A DNA stretch of 63,995 nt, counting the filler, from an uncultured Myxococcia bacterium (GTDB taxonomy: Bacteria; CAZTWC01), in assembly GCA_964617105.1 (NCBI GenBank). It is 14 parts of 14 records of this genome, joined end to end, with 100 filler letters (N's around TTAATTAATTAA, not from the genome) between each part and the next. Parts side by side here need not be neighbours in the genome. Positions count along the whole stretch, not along the records: positions 47,195 to 51,722 come from CAZTWC010000295.1; positions 51,823 to 56,317 come from CAZTWC010000296.1; positions 56,418 to 60,909 come from CAZTWC010000297.1; 11 more parts are not named here. One strand, given 5' to 3'. Every line of letters begins with the position of its first letter. The stretch's first letter is position 1. Position numbers and translations under genes: made by a program. The notes under the pieces were generated by a model. That model saw only the letters and a program-made list of their open reading frames with translations. It was not told the DNA's origin and did no database searches. Below are positions 50,458 through 61,009 of this stretch, in pieces.

Positions 50458-50555
50458 TTTGGTTACTCCGTTTTAAAACCTAAGGGCGCGCTCAGAACCG
50501 GTAAGTAGATAATGATATTTAGATTGGCAATATTATTTTTGTTAATTTAGTTGAT

Positions 50556-50586
50556 ATTATATCACACAGAATTGTTTTTATGTCAA
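50556..50586 (-). promoter_or_regulatory. putative extended -10 promoter for the GAF gene
   Basis: Minus strand TTGACA, then a 19-bp spacer ending in TGA, then TATAAT. Confidence 0.45.
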
Positions 50587-50776
50587 GAGCATTAGGGTTG
50601 CAAATGCGCTCAAAATGGTAATGAGAGGGGGGCCTGAACCGGGTAAATCTTCGGGCTAATTTAATAGTTGCTATAAATGCTTGCAGGCAACCGATTAAGC
50701 GGATATGGTATATTGGTTTTCATGAATATAGGCTGGAGATTAGTTCCGGACTTACTTAGTTATAGGAGGTATAAAA

Positions 50777-51722
50777 TTGCAGAAACCAGAAAATGGATTT
50801 AATCCTTCGGTCATATCTCAAGTAAAAGGGATGAAATGGAACTTTTGGATAGCCAATATAATAGAGGCTGGTGAACGGATGGCCTTTTTTGGGGTTCGAG
50901 CGGTTTTACCCCTGTATATGGTGGGCACTGGCAGCGCTGACCTGGGTCTTACCTATTCAGAAAAAGGGATTATCTATATGGTTTGGGCCTTGCTACAGTG
51001 CCTGATTCCCATGATCTCCGGCGGGTACACCGATTCTTATGGTTATAAAAAAAGTCTCTATACAGCCTTTACCATCAATATCATCGGTTATTCCCTAATG
51101 GCCAATGTCACTGGATTTTGGACCATGATGCTGTCCGGTATTTTGGTGGGAACCGGCACCGCAATTTTCAAGCCCCCGGTTCAGGGAGCAGTGGCTCAAT
51201 CTTTAGATGACAAAAATTCTGGGTTGGGGTTTGGCATTTTTTATTGGGTAGTCAATATCGGCGGTTTTATGGCGCCCATGGTAGCAGCCTGGGCTCGGGG
51301 TAATGAAGCCAACCCCACCTGGCACTACGTTTTTTATGGAGCCGCCATTGTTACTGCCATTAATTTTTTACCCACCATTTTTCTGTTTAAAGAGCCTGAA
51401 ATTGATCCCAGGGCCAAAGAGAAAAAATCGTGGCAGGTTTTTTGCGATACCCTCAAAGTTTTATGGCAAGACCAGGCTATGCTCAGGTTTTTGCTGATTG
51501 TATCCGGTTTTTGGTTCATGTTTATGCAACTGTGGGATCTTTTGCCCAACTTTATTGATGAATGGATCGACACCAGAGATGTAGGCAATTTCCTCTCCAG
51601 CCTGTTGGGCGATGGGGCCAAACCATTTTTAACAGCCCAGGGAGCGGCCAAACCGGAAATCTTAATAAATATCGACTCCTTTACCATTATCCTGTTTGTT
51701 TTACCCCTCTCCTGGCTTTTTT
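50777..51722 (+). CDS. MFS transporter, paralog of 21718-23202; 3' partial
   Basis: EAGERMAF, GGYTDSYGYKK, GIFYWVVNIG and QLWDLLPNFI motifs are shared with the other copy. Confidence 0.88.
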
Positions 51723-51822
51723 NNNNNNNNNNNNNNNNNNNNNNNNNNNNNNNNNNNNNNNNNNNNTTAATTAATTAANNNNNNNNNNNNNNNNNNNNNN
51801 NNNNNNNNNNNNNNNNNNNNNN

Positions 51823-53373
51823 TTCCACAAATTGTCGGCAAACATTTTTCAATAAAAAGCGCGGTTTGTCAACAATTCCACCAAACCTGGCCAGATTGCA
51901 CGGATCATGGTAAGTGACTGGAAAACTATTCGCTTCAGGGTTGAAACAAATATTTTTTTGAGAGACCAACCGAGCCAGAGTTTCAACTATACTTTCAACC
52001 TTATTAACTAATTTACCTCTACTCGCCCCCACCATCTCTCTTATTAATGTTATATAACCATGGCCGCACTCTGTCACCACGATTTTACCGATTTGTAGCT
52101 TTTGGGCTTGCTCGATAACTAAACCGCTTATACTCGATTGGAGTTGATCATCTCCGGAAAAATAGCCAAAGTTGCTATTATCCCATCCGGTTGAAGGCAA
52201 AGTCCAATCGACTTTGGCCTGGGTAAGAAGTTTGAAAACTGCTAACAGGGTACGGGGATCGTATTTGATCTCCCGCGGGTGGATGGTAAGCAGCACTTCA
52301 GCATTTTGTTTGTCCAGAGGAATCTTCAGTTTATCGTTGCCAAGATCATCTTTCAACTCCTGTTCCAGCCAATCAATGGTTTCAAAATATTCCTGGCTAG
52401 AGATACCTAGATGATTGCCTTTTTGGCGCTGGAAATTGCAGGCTTTGACAATCTGTTGAGGAGCGTTATTTTGCCTGGTCAATATGCCTCTGGTATGGCG
52501 ATGCAATGAGGCTGCGTCTATACCCATGGGGCAATTTATAGAACAGCGGCCGCAGAGAGAGCAGGCACCATAGGATATATCTCTCATCTCATCTACCGAC
52601 AAATCCTTAGTTGTTTGGCAAAAAAGTTTATAAGGGGTGGAAATTTTGATATCCCGGTTGGCCTGGTAATAGTGACATGCTTCAAGGCAAAGACCACAGC
52701 GAAGACAGTTTTGTTTATGATAATCAAGATATATTCCGCTTCGATTACCTAAATAGCAATCCGCATACAGGCGTCCTACCGGCCAGGTCAGACAGTGCTT
52801 AAATTTGCCAAAAGGGAGAGATAGGAAAACAGCGATGCCAAATAGATAAAACACCATAACTGCAACTTCATTCTGGATTGAAAGGAGAATTACAGCGCTA
52901 AATATCCATAAACCCACTATGGCCAGATAAAAAATATCATCTCGGTTACTAAAAACAGCCTTTTTATCTGAATCGATACGTTGGTAGAGTCTTATGGCAA
53001 CAGCGCCCAATCCAAACAACAAAACCATTCGCAAAGGGATATTTATCCCTCTGGCCAACAGGATATTGCTTAACAGTGGAAAAATCAGTGAGATCAGTAT
53101 AGTGACCCCAATACTGAGATGAAACAGGATATAAGTGATATACTGGCCAGAAGCATCTTTATGGCCTTCAACAGAATCAATGCTTATTATATTTTTAAAA
53201 TCTGCACTAAAACGGCTAAAAATACTCCTGAAGGAAACTAAATTTCCACTCATGGCAGCAGCCTTGAGATAATGTTTAATTTTGAAATAACAGAGCAGGC
53301 CAGCGGTCAGGATAGATAACCACAATACTATGGTGCTCAATATTTTGGTAAAAAGGCTAAGTTCTGAATACAT
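51823..53373 (-). CDS. membrane-anchored (Fe-S)/CCG-domain oxidoreductase (NarI/DsrM-like TM region + DsrK/HdrD-like region); 3' partial
   Basis: About 5 N-terminal TMs ending LPFGKFKH; CLRCGLCLEAC and CSLCGRCSINCP; TECGHGY; TYHDPCNLAR. Confidence 0.85.
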
Positions 53374-53377
53374 CTAA

Positions 53378-54844
53378 TCACCACCTGTTTAAACCTATGT
53401 AATTTTCCTTTTCTGCCGTAAGTAGAGACACAATAATCGAGGCCAATAAACTGAGAAAAAAACCAGGCACCAGTTCGTAGATTTGCTGGTCCAACCCTAG
53501 TAGCTTCCAGGCGATAATTACCAGAGGGCCGCATATCAGGCTGGCCAGGGCGCCCCAACGATTGTAGTTTTTCCAATAAAGAGTGAGGATTACCACCGGA
53601 GTAAAGGCGGCTCCCAGGGCGCCCCAGGCAAAAAGCACAAAAGTATAGATTACTTTGGGCTCAATAAGGGCTATCATCATGGCTATCAGGGCCAACAACC
53701 CCACCACCACCCTCATACTGCGCACTTTGCTCTTTTCGTGGGCCTGCTGGTCAACCGAATTTTCCGGCTTGACAAAACGATAGTAGATATCGTGGATTAC
53801 CGAGGTAGCGGAGATCATCAACTGGGAGTCGGCGGTGGACATAATAGCGGCAGTAATGGCGGCCAACACCAGTCCGGCGATGACCGGGTGGAAAAAACTG
53901 GCGGTAAAGGCGGGCAATATTTTTTCGGGATCGGATAGTTCCGGCAAAAGGGTGCGGCCGATGATCCCCAGGCTCACCGAGCCAAAAAGCACAATTAGTC
54001 CCCAAATTACTGTAAGAAAAGCCGCTTTTTTAGCCTCTTTGTCGTTTTTAACTGTTATGTAGCGGATTAGAGAATGGGGCATGCCAGGATAGCCCAGCCC
54101 GATGCCCAACTGGCCGATGATAAAACCGATTGAAAGCCAGGTGAATGCTTCGCCCCCCACAAAAAAGGTGAGATTGTGCTGCTCCAGGGTGGTCAGCACC
54201 GGCCCAAAACCTCCAGCTTTGATCAGGGCAAAGATGGGGAAAAACAGCATCACCAGAGCCATCAGGATTCCCTGCACCAGGTCTGTCCAGCAGACCGCTG
54301 CGTACCCACCAATCACCACATATATACCAATTATCAGCCCTCCCAACAGCACTCCCTGCTGGTAAGTCATCAACTGCATACCAGACATCTGCTTGCCGGA
54401 ACCAACAAACTGAGCCACCACATAACACATCAGAAAAAAGACAATGATAAGAGAGGATAACAGTCGCAGAATTTTGCTCTTGTCGCCCAACCGCCGTTCG
54501 AAAAAGTCGGTTACTGTCAGGGCGTTCATCTCCTGGGAAGATCGCCTGGTCTGGACAATAATAAAGATAGCGGTAAACACAAAACCCAGCACACAGCCCA
54601 AAGCAGCCCAATATCCGGCCGGTCCCTTGGAATAGCCCAGCCCAGACAACCCCAGCATCACCCAGGCGCTCTCGGAACTGGCCGCAGCACTGATAGCGGT
54701 CACCCATCCCCCCAAAGATTTATCCGCCGCTACAAAACCCTGGTAACTCTTGCCAAATTTACGGTCGCCTATTACTCCAATGGTAAAAAGCAGGACCATA
54801 TATCCGCCAAAAGTGGCTAAAATGGTAATTTGTTCGGCTGACAT
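53378..54844 (-). CDS. putP: sodium/proline symporter (SSS family)
   Basis: SAAASSESAW..LG, GGY.AV.WTD..QG, GLGYPGMPH and AAIMSTADSQL motifs. Confidence 0.88.
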   Translation of the reverse strand: MSAEQITILATFGGYMVLLFTIGVIGDRKFGKSYQGFVAADKSLGGWVTAISAAASSESAWVMLGLSGLGYSKGPAGYWAALGCVLGFVFTAIFIIVQTRRSSQEMNALTVTDFFERRLGDKSKILRLLSSLIIVFFLMCYVVAQFVGSGKQMSGMQLMTYQQGVLLGGLIIGIYVVIGGYAAVCWTDLVQGILMALVMLFFPIFALIKAGGFGPVLTTLEQHNLTFFVGGEAFTWLSIGFIIGQLGIGLGYPGMPHSLIRYITVKNDKEAKKAAFLTVIWGLIVLFGSVSLGIIGRTLLPELSDPEKILPAFTASFFHPVIAGLVLAAITAAIMSTADSQLMISATSVIHDIYYRFVKPENSVDQQAHEKSKVRSMRVVVGLLALIAMMIALIEPKVIYTFVLFAWGALGAAFTPVVILTLYWKNYNRWGALASLICGPLVIIAWKLLGLDQQIYELVPGFFLSLLASIIVSLLTAEKENYIGLNRW

Positions 54845-55044
54845 GGTTAATTCCTCCTCCTATTTTGCTACGAATTCGCAATAATATTTTAACCATATCA
54901 CCAGTCCATAATTTTTCCAGGAAAATTTGCCCGGAATAACCTGCGATTATGACCTCTGCCAATCCCGTCAACCAGGCATTAAAATGCCTGATTGACCGAT
55001 TTGAGGTAGTAGTACTGGCCAGGCGTAGTTTGGAGCCAAAACTC

Positions 55045-55980
55045 CTAGCGCAAAACTCTGATATTTTCCAGGCCAATCACTGCTGCGGGACTCCCCAATT
55101 TTTGGGCCCGCAGATAGTGATGTTCTGCCCGGAAGTAGAGTTTCTCTTCAAAGGCGATGTTTCCAGCCAGCAACGACAGTTGGGCAAAATCGGGGAACAG
55201 TTCCAAAGCGGACTCAGCCTCAGATAGGGCTACCAGGGCATGACCGGTTCTGTTTAGCAGCATCACCAGTTGATATAAGGCCCATCGCTTTCCCTTATCA
55301 GCCTCATACACTTTTCTCAGATAGTATATGGCCCGATCCAAATCACCCTGTTCTTGGTAAATCTCAGCCAGTATCTGCAGCACCTGGATATGGTGTTTAC
55401 CTTCGGCAGGATAGCGCAAAAGCCATCGAGTTGCTTCAACCGGATCATCCAGATCCCGGTAGATCTCACCCAAAGATAGGCAGATCTCAATCTTTTTTTG
55501 GTTATCTAGGAATATTCGTTCAAACAGGACTGCTGCTTTGGGAAGATCGCCAGCCCGCTGATAGGAAGCGGCCAAAATCATGTGAGCTTTGAGATGATTG
55601 GGTTTCAATTCTAAAGCCCGCTTGAGCAGAGCGATGCAGTCGCCAATCTCATCCAGCATATAGTAGGTGATGGCCAGGTTCAGATGACTCATAAAGAAAT
55701 CGGGAGCAGCATCGATACTGGCCCCATAGTAAACAATGGCCCGGGAGAGAAGATTCATTTGAAAATAGGTGTTGGCCATATTGAAGTAGCATAGAGCGGG
55801 ATTTTCTCCTTTGACCACCGCCTTTTTATAGATGGTGATGGCCTGCTTATATTGGTTGTTTTTATAGAGTTGATTGGCCTCTTTTAAAAACTGGGCCTTG
55901 GAGTCCAAGGGTGAAATAATCAGCAGTAAAAGGAGAATTATTTTCATGGCTACACTTTTTTTAGTCCAGTTTAAACTCAA
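55045..55980 (-). CDS. exported TPR-repeat protein (start may be ~55947)
   Basis: Signal peptide MKIILLLLLII...SKA; successive TPR helices; downstream of tonB. Confidence 0.85.
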   Translation of the reverse strand: MSLNWTKKSVAMKIILLLLLIISPLDSKAQFLKEANQLYKNNQYKQAITIYKKAVVKGENPALCYFNMANTYFQMNLLSRAIVYYGASIDAAPDFFMSHLNLAITYYMLDEIGDCIALLKRALELKPNHLKAHMILAASYQRAGDLPKAAVLFERIFLDNQKKIEICLSLGEIYRDLDDPVEATRWLLRYPAEGKHHIQVLQILAEIYQEQGDLDRAIYYLRKVYEADKGKRWALYQLVMLLNRTGHALVALSEAESALELFPDFAQLSLLAGNIAFEEKLYFRAEHHYLRAQKLGSPAAVIGLENIRVLR

Positions 55981-56317
55981 TTACTTTGCGGGCCCGCACC
56001 CGTACCGGGACTCCCTTGTTTCTTCCAGGTTTAAATTTCCACCCCATAACGATCTTTCTGGCTTCAGCAGAAAATGATGAGTGGGGAGATTTTATTATCT
56101 TCATTGACTCCACCTGACCTTTGCGGCCGATAACAATCTCGATGATCAATTCCCCGCTAATTCCCAGGGCCTTGGCCCGTTTGGGATAGGGGATAGGGGT
56201 TATGCGCATAGGGGTTGGCTGCTCATCGGTCTCCCCCTCCTGAAAAATAACCGCCTCCATCTCCTGGGCTGCCACCCCTACCCCCTGGCCGCCAATTGAA
56301 CCAAGATTGGGGGCGAA
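55961..56317 (-). CDS. tonB: energy transducer TonB, C-terminal domain; 5' partial
   Basis: PYPKRAKALGISG....I...G.V......S and WKFKPG..KG.PV motifs. Confidence 0.9.
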   Translation of the reverse strand, partial: FAPNLGSIGGQGVGVAAQEMEAVIFQEGETDEQPTPMRITPIPYPKRAKALGISGELIIEIVIGRKGQVESMKIIKSPHSSFSAEARKIVMGWKFKPGRNKGVPVRVRARKVIEFKLD

Positions 56318-56417
56318 NNNNNNNNNNNNNNNNNNNNNNNNNNNNNNNNNNNNNNNNNNNNTTAATTAATTAANNNNNNNNNNNNNNNNNNNNNNNNNNN
56401 NNNNNNNNNNNNNNNNN

Positions 56418-57441
56418 CATCCCGTCCATATTGTCACTTTCAGAGTCCAATTCAGCAAAAATGTCCTGACTGCGGCGCTGTATTTTGCGTTTGTTCCACT
56501 CAGACATACCGTGAAAGAGCACCAGGTGGGCCAATTCATGCCCCAGCAGGGCGGCCAGTTCATCATCGTTTTTTGCGCTCTCCACCAAACCTTTGGTGAT
56601 AAAGACAAAACCACCGGGCAGGGCAAATGAACTCTGCCCTTTGTCAGCCAGCACGGCAAAAACGGTATTCCAAATCGTATCGAGGTGAATTAGTGGCCAA
56701 CAGGGTGCCAATCAGGTTAATCTTTTTGGTCAACTCTGCATCATTGACAACCCCCTGGGCAATCATCCTGAGGGCCAGGGCTTTGCCAATGGCACTCTCC
56801 ATCTCTTCTGAGATATTTGCCGGCTCATGCGGTTGGGGCAAAAATGGTGCCATCTTTTGGGCCATGTTTGTGGCTTTCCCATCATTTTTGTGGTTGTTTT
56901 TTTGAGTAGCCCTCTTATTTCTATCTTTTTGAAAGGCCAAAAATTCCTGGGGAGTAAATTGTGGTTTTATAAGGGCGGCCAAGACTTTTTTCGCTTTAGG
57001 GTTCGCCTTTTTAAACTCGAGATCAAAGAGGCCTTTGGAGGCTGCCACAATATCGGTCTTAGAGACTTTTCCCACCCCTTTTCCTTTCATCAGGCTGGCA
57101 AAATGGTCTCTCTTTTTCTTTTTGCCCAAAAGGGCCCGTTTGGGTATCCACCCTTCTTTACCCTTTTTGGTGCGAACCAAAATCCACTTTTTCTGTTCTT
57201 TAATTTTGCTGACTTTCACCCCTTTTTGCATGGTTTCGACCACTTTGAAAAAAGTTCCAGCCCCATTACGGAGGTGCACTTTGCGCTGGATGATGATTTG
57301 GTTCGCCTCTTTTATTTGAGTCCCTTCTTTGTTTTTTGTCTTATCAGCCCCGGTCAATAGCAGGAAAAATAAGGAGATAGAGATTGCCATTAAAAAAGGT
57401 TTAAATCGTTTAGATTCAATCGGGTATTTTTGGGCACTCAA
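56418..57441 (-). pseudogene. exported SH3 + M48 metallopeptidase, frameshifted at a T5 run (56658-56662); 3' partial
   Basis: SH3 HLRNGAG.F...W..V...G.EGWI. Removing one T gives YRFAVL...FALPGGFVFITKGL...ELAALLGHELAH. Confidence 0.8.
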
Positions 57442-57454
57442 AAGATAATTCTCC

Positions 57455-57881
57455 TTAAAAATCTACCTGATCCCGTAAGTTGATGTCTACCTCAAGATTG
57501 GCACCTTGTCCTAAAACGCTGTGATATCGTAGAGACCATTTGCCTCCCGCATGCTGCTCTTTAGGACTTCTTCTAATTGCATAGCCCTCCTGTTTGAAAA
57601 CGGACTTAACTGCTTTTGCAATTGTGGGACGTTCTTTCTGCATTAACTCCCGCTCAACCGCACCAATATAATTTAAATCAATATCTACAGATAATCGAGG
57701 CAATTTGAAAATAAACAGATTCAGGGCTGTCCCACCTTTTAGAACCAATTTTTTTCTTTAATAAGGGATGACGTTGTAAAGCGTCCAATAATCCTAATAA
57801 GTTTGCAACTTTTTCTAACACATCTGGCCTAAATCCACTTGACTCAGATTCTGTTGTCAGCCTGGCAGCGGAAATTTTCAT
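57455..57881 (-). pseudogene. AbiEii/AbiGii nucleotidyltransferase toxin, frameshifted (A7 run at 57749-57755) and truncated
   Basis: FRPDVLEKV..L, then LVLKGGTALNLF...PRLSVDIDLNY after the shift; ends after about 140 codons. Confidence 0.85.
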
Positions 57882-58684
57882 AAGATTTCCTCCCACGTCC
57901 GCTCAATTATCTCGGTGGGTATAACAAGGTTCCACTCCGAAATCAATCGACAAGATAAGTTTTTTTGCCGCTTTAAGTAATGTGGTTGTTTTGGACGAAG
58001 TTCGCGGAGAGATTTTAGATATTTATCCTCCACCATTAAAGATTCACGGTGCTGTTCTAAATAAAATCCCACTTTGGCAGCTGTAGTTGCTTTTTTCAAC
58101 AAATGAACATATTCAACCAATTTATCAAGGTCAAAAAATTCCACTGACTCCAACGAACGCCATATCTCTTCCCAACCTCCAGAAATGTCAGGACGATTTA
58201 ATACATCGACCATTGTTCGCTCTAGGCTTGTTACCCGGACATCTATACCAGAACGGTCGACTGTATTAACACCATAGTTTTGCTTTTTTAGGCTACGGAG
58301 TGCTTCAGGGCTTCTTACGCCACAAAAAATATTGTTACGGAATGTCAAAGGAGATAAAGGACGGGATGCGGTATAAGTAAATCGCTCATGGACAGAATAA
58401 GAATTCCCGTGGATTTCGAGAGCAGTGTGGTGGGACAAAACTGCGTCTTTAGTCAATTTTGCTGTTATCAAAAAAGGGTCAATGGGATATCTATCAGGAG
58501 TGGAACCATTTGGTATAACAGCATATAATCCCCGCCGCACAGTGATTAGATGCCCTGCTTTTTTATGATAACCTAACAAAGATTCCACTGTCCGGGAGTC
58601 GACATCCTGGTGGGATGAGAGGTATTGTTCCATTTCTACTCTGGTAAATACCGGATGTCGGCGAAAAAAAATATGATGCTTCAT
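57878..58684 (-). CDS. AbiEi-family type IV antitoxin / transcriptional regulator
   Basis: VRRGLYAV, LSHHTALE.HG and VTSLERTMVD.L.RP...GG.EE motifs; ATGA-coupled to the toxin gene. Confidence 0.9.
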   Translation of the reverse strand: MKHHIFFRRHPVFTRVEMEQYLSSHQDVDSRTVESLLGYHKKAGHLITVRRGLYAVIPNGSTPDRYPIDPFLITAKLTKDAVLSHHTALEIHGNSYSVHERFTYTASRPLSPLTFRNNIFCGVRSPEALRSLKKQNYGVNTVDRSGIDVRVTSLERTMVDVLNRPDISGGWEEIWRSLESVEFFDLDKLVEYVHLLKKATTAAKVGFYLEQHRESLMVEDKYLKSLRELRPKQPHYLKRQKNLSCRLISEWNLVIPTEIIERTWEEIL

Positions 58685-58835
58685 TGCCAACCTACTTGAT
58701 AAATATCCTCATTACACATAAGTATTATATGGGTATCTTGAATGTTTTTCAAGTTGAAATTGCTGATAAACTATTAGCGTTCTCACTTAACGATTTTTGG
58801 TCGCCCCATGACTTGTTTTATGCAATAATCCCAAG

Positions 58836-60909
58836 TTATTTGACAGATAGCCGGTGCACTCCATCCCAGTCATCTGAAGGAGGATTATCAATATATTGCC
58901 GGCACCGCTCCAAATATACCCGGGCAGGGCCATCATTGGGAAATTGCTCTGCCGCCTCCTCAAAAACCGCCAGAGCCCGGATCCATTCCCTCTGTTGATA
59001 TAATTGCCGGCCCTGGTTGTAAATCTTTAAAAGTTTACTGTTAAAGTCACTAAACAAAAGTTCAAAGATTTTCACCGGCCTGGTCTTCCCCTTTACAGCC
59101 ACCAAATCGAGTTCCCTGGTAGCAAAAGAGTTTGAAAGTTGTCTTTTAGTTGTTTCATCAATAATGATATTGGTGTCAAACTGCTTGTTCACACCCTCCA
59201 GTCGGGCCCCCAGATTAACAGTATCGCCAATCACCGTGTAGTCCATTCGGGAGTGGCAGCCAATATTGCCAACTACCATCTCACCCGTACTGATGCCGAT
59301 GCGGATATTGAAATCAGCAGACTCCTCTCCCCAATCTTTTTTCAACTCTTCCAGCCGCCGAATATTATCCAGGGCGGCCTGGCAAGCCTGGTCCGCCGCT
59401 TGTTTCTGGTGGGCCGGTGCCCCGAAAACAGCCATGATGGCATCGCCAATATACTTATCCAGATAACCGCCGCAATCCATGATAATCGAGGACATCTCAC
59501 CCAAATATTCGTTTAAAAACTCCACCAGCCGCTCGGGGGCCATATTTTCACTCAACGTGGTAAATCCGGCAATGTCGGAGAAGAATACGGTCAACTCTTT
59601 CCGTTCCCCCCCCAACTTAAGGGCATTGGGATTTTTCAGCAAATGGCTGACCACGGTGGAGTCAAGATAGTGATCAAACATCTTTTTGAGTTGTCGTTTT
59701 TTCTTACCTTCTCCCAAATAATAGGTGGTCTGGGTGGCTACAAAAACCAGAAAAAGAGCGCTAAAAGGCAAAACCACCGGCATGAGCAGACCATAAAAAG
59801 TGTAGGCAAAACAGATTACCAGAGTGTAGAGAGCGCCAAATCCCATTAGCATAGTAATATGCCAATAGACCTTTTTAGTCATTTGGAGCACCAGGGCCAA
59901 TAAAAAGATTAAAACCACTATCAACAGGGTGCCGCCGGTGGCCGCTGGCTTCAACCAGTGGCCGTGGATCAAATTCTCAGTCAGAGTGGCCAGCACCTCC
60001 ACTCCGGGAATAATCGCTTTATGGGGAGTTGTCTTCAAGTCGAAAAGGGCAGGGGCATTAGAGCCGATAAACACTACTTTGTCTTTAAACCTCTCCACAG
60101 GCACCAGCGGTTTTACCCCGGCCGACAATTGCACCGTCGATTGGATTACATCTGCAGCCGGAACAGTGTCAAAGGCTGACTTATACCAATGGACTGTATG
60201 GTTGACTGGGACTTTGACCGCTTTCTCTTTACTCGGGTCATTTATATGGTTTCCATCAATGACAAGACGGCCAAAATTACCGCCATTGCTCACCAGCAAA
60301 CCCATGTGGGGCAAGGTTTTACCGCTGTAATTTGCAGCTAAAGATATCCGCCGGACAACCCCATCTCCATCTGGAGTGACATTGACCATCCCTAAACCCT
60401 GGGCAGTTTTAAAGAGCGGCTCTATGGGCAAAGTGATCCCATGGTAAAGAGGTATGTCCTCAGAAGGGGTCCCGTCAATTTGTGGTAAACCGTGTAGATT
60501 TAAAGGAGGGGACAAATTTTTATCTTTTCGCAGGATAACAGCCTGAAAGACCGCTTTCATCTTTTCACAGGCTTTAGCAAAAGCGGAGTCCGATTCTTCA
60601 CCGGAGATATCGAGTCGATCAATGTCCTCTTCGGAAAAATAGAGGTCAAAAACCACTTGCTTAGCGCCAGATGCCTTTAAATAATCAACCATTTTACCGT
60701 AATACTCTCGCGGCCATGGCCAGAGAATATGGGCCTGTTGGCGAAAATAGTCGATACTATTTTGATCAATTAAGATGATTACACTCTCTACCTGGTGCTC
60801 AAAAGGTTGGGGCAATTGCCGAATGAGAGAGTCGGTAAACTTCTTGTCAAAAGAGGAGGCAATATTGGACAACTGGGCCGGGACAAATAAAAGAGAAATT
60901 ACCAGGCCT
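58836..60909 (-). CDS. CHASE2-domain class III adenylate/guanylate cyclase; 5' partial
   Basis: WPWPR, DGDGVVRR and PGVEV (CHASE2); 3 TMs; LGGERKELTVFFSDIAGFT, DKYIGDAIMA, DYTVIGDTVNLGARLE; C-terminal WDGV. Confidence 0.95.
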
Positions 60910-61009
60910 NNNNNNNNNNNNNNNNNNNNNNNNNNNNNNNNNNNNNNNNNNNNTTAATTAATTAANNNNNNNNNNNNNNNNNNNNNNNNNNNNNNNNNNN
61001 NNNNNNNNN

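Noticed and set aside
50590-50776. Possible riboswitch in the leader of the second MFS gene
   Set aside because: No recognisable aptamer consensus by eye; an Rfam scan would be needed.
56658-56662. Programmed frameshift in the SH3-M48 gene
   Set aside because: A short T5 run with one extra base; several homopolymer indels in the window make sequencing error the simpler explanation.
4749-61009. Regularly recurring TTAATTAATTAA palindrome as a biological repeat
   Set aside because: It is always embedded in N-runs of fixed total length and cuts through genes; it is a contig-joining spacer.
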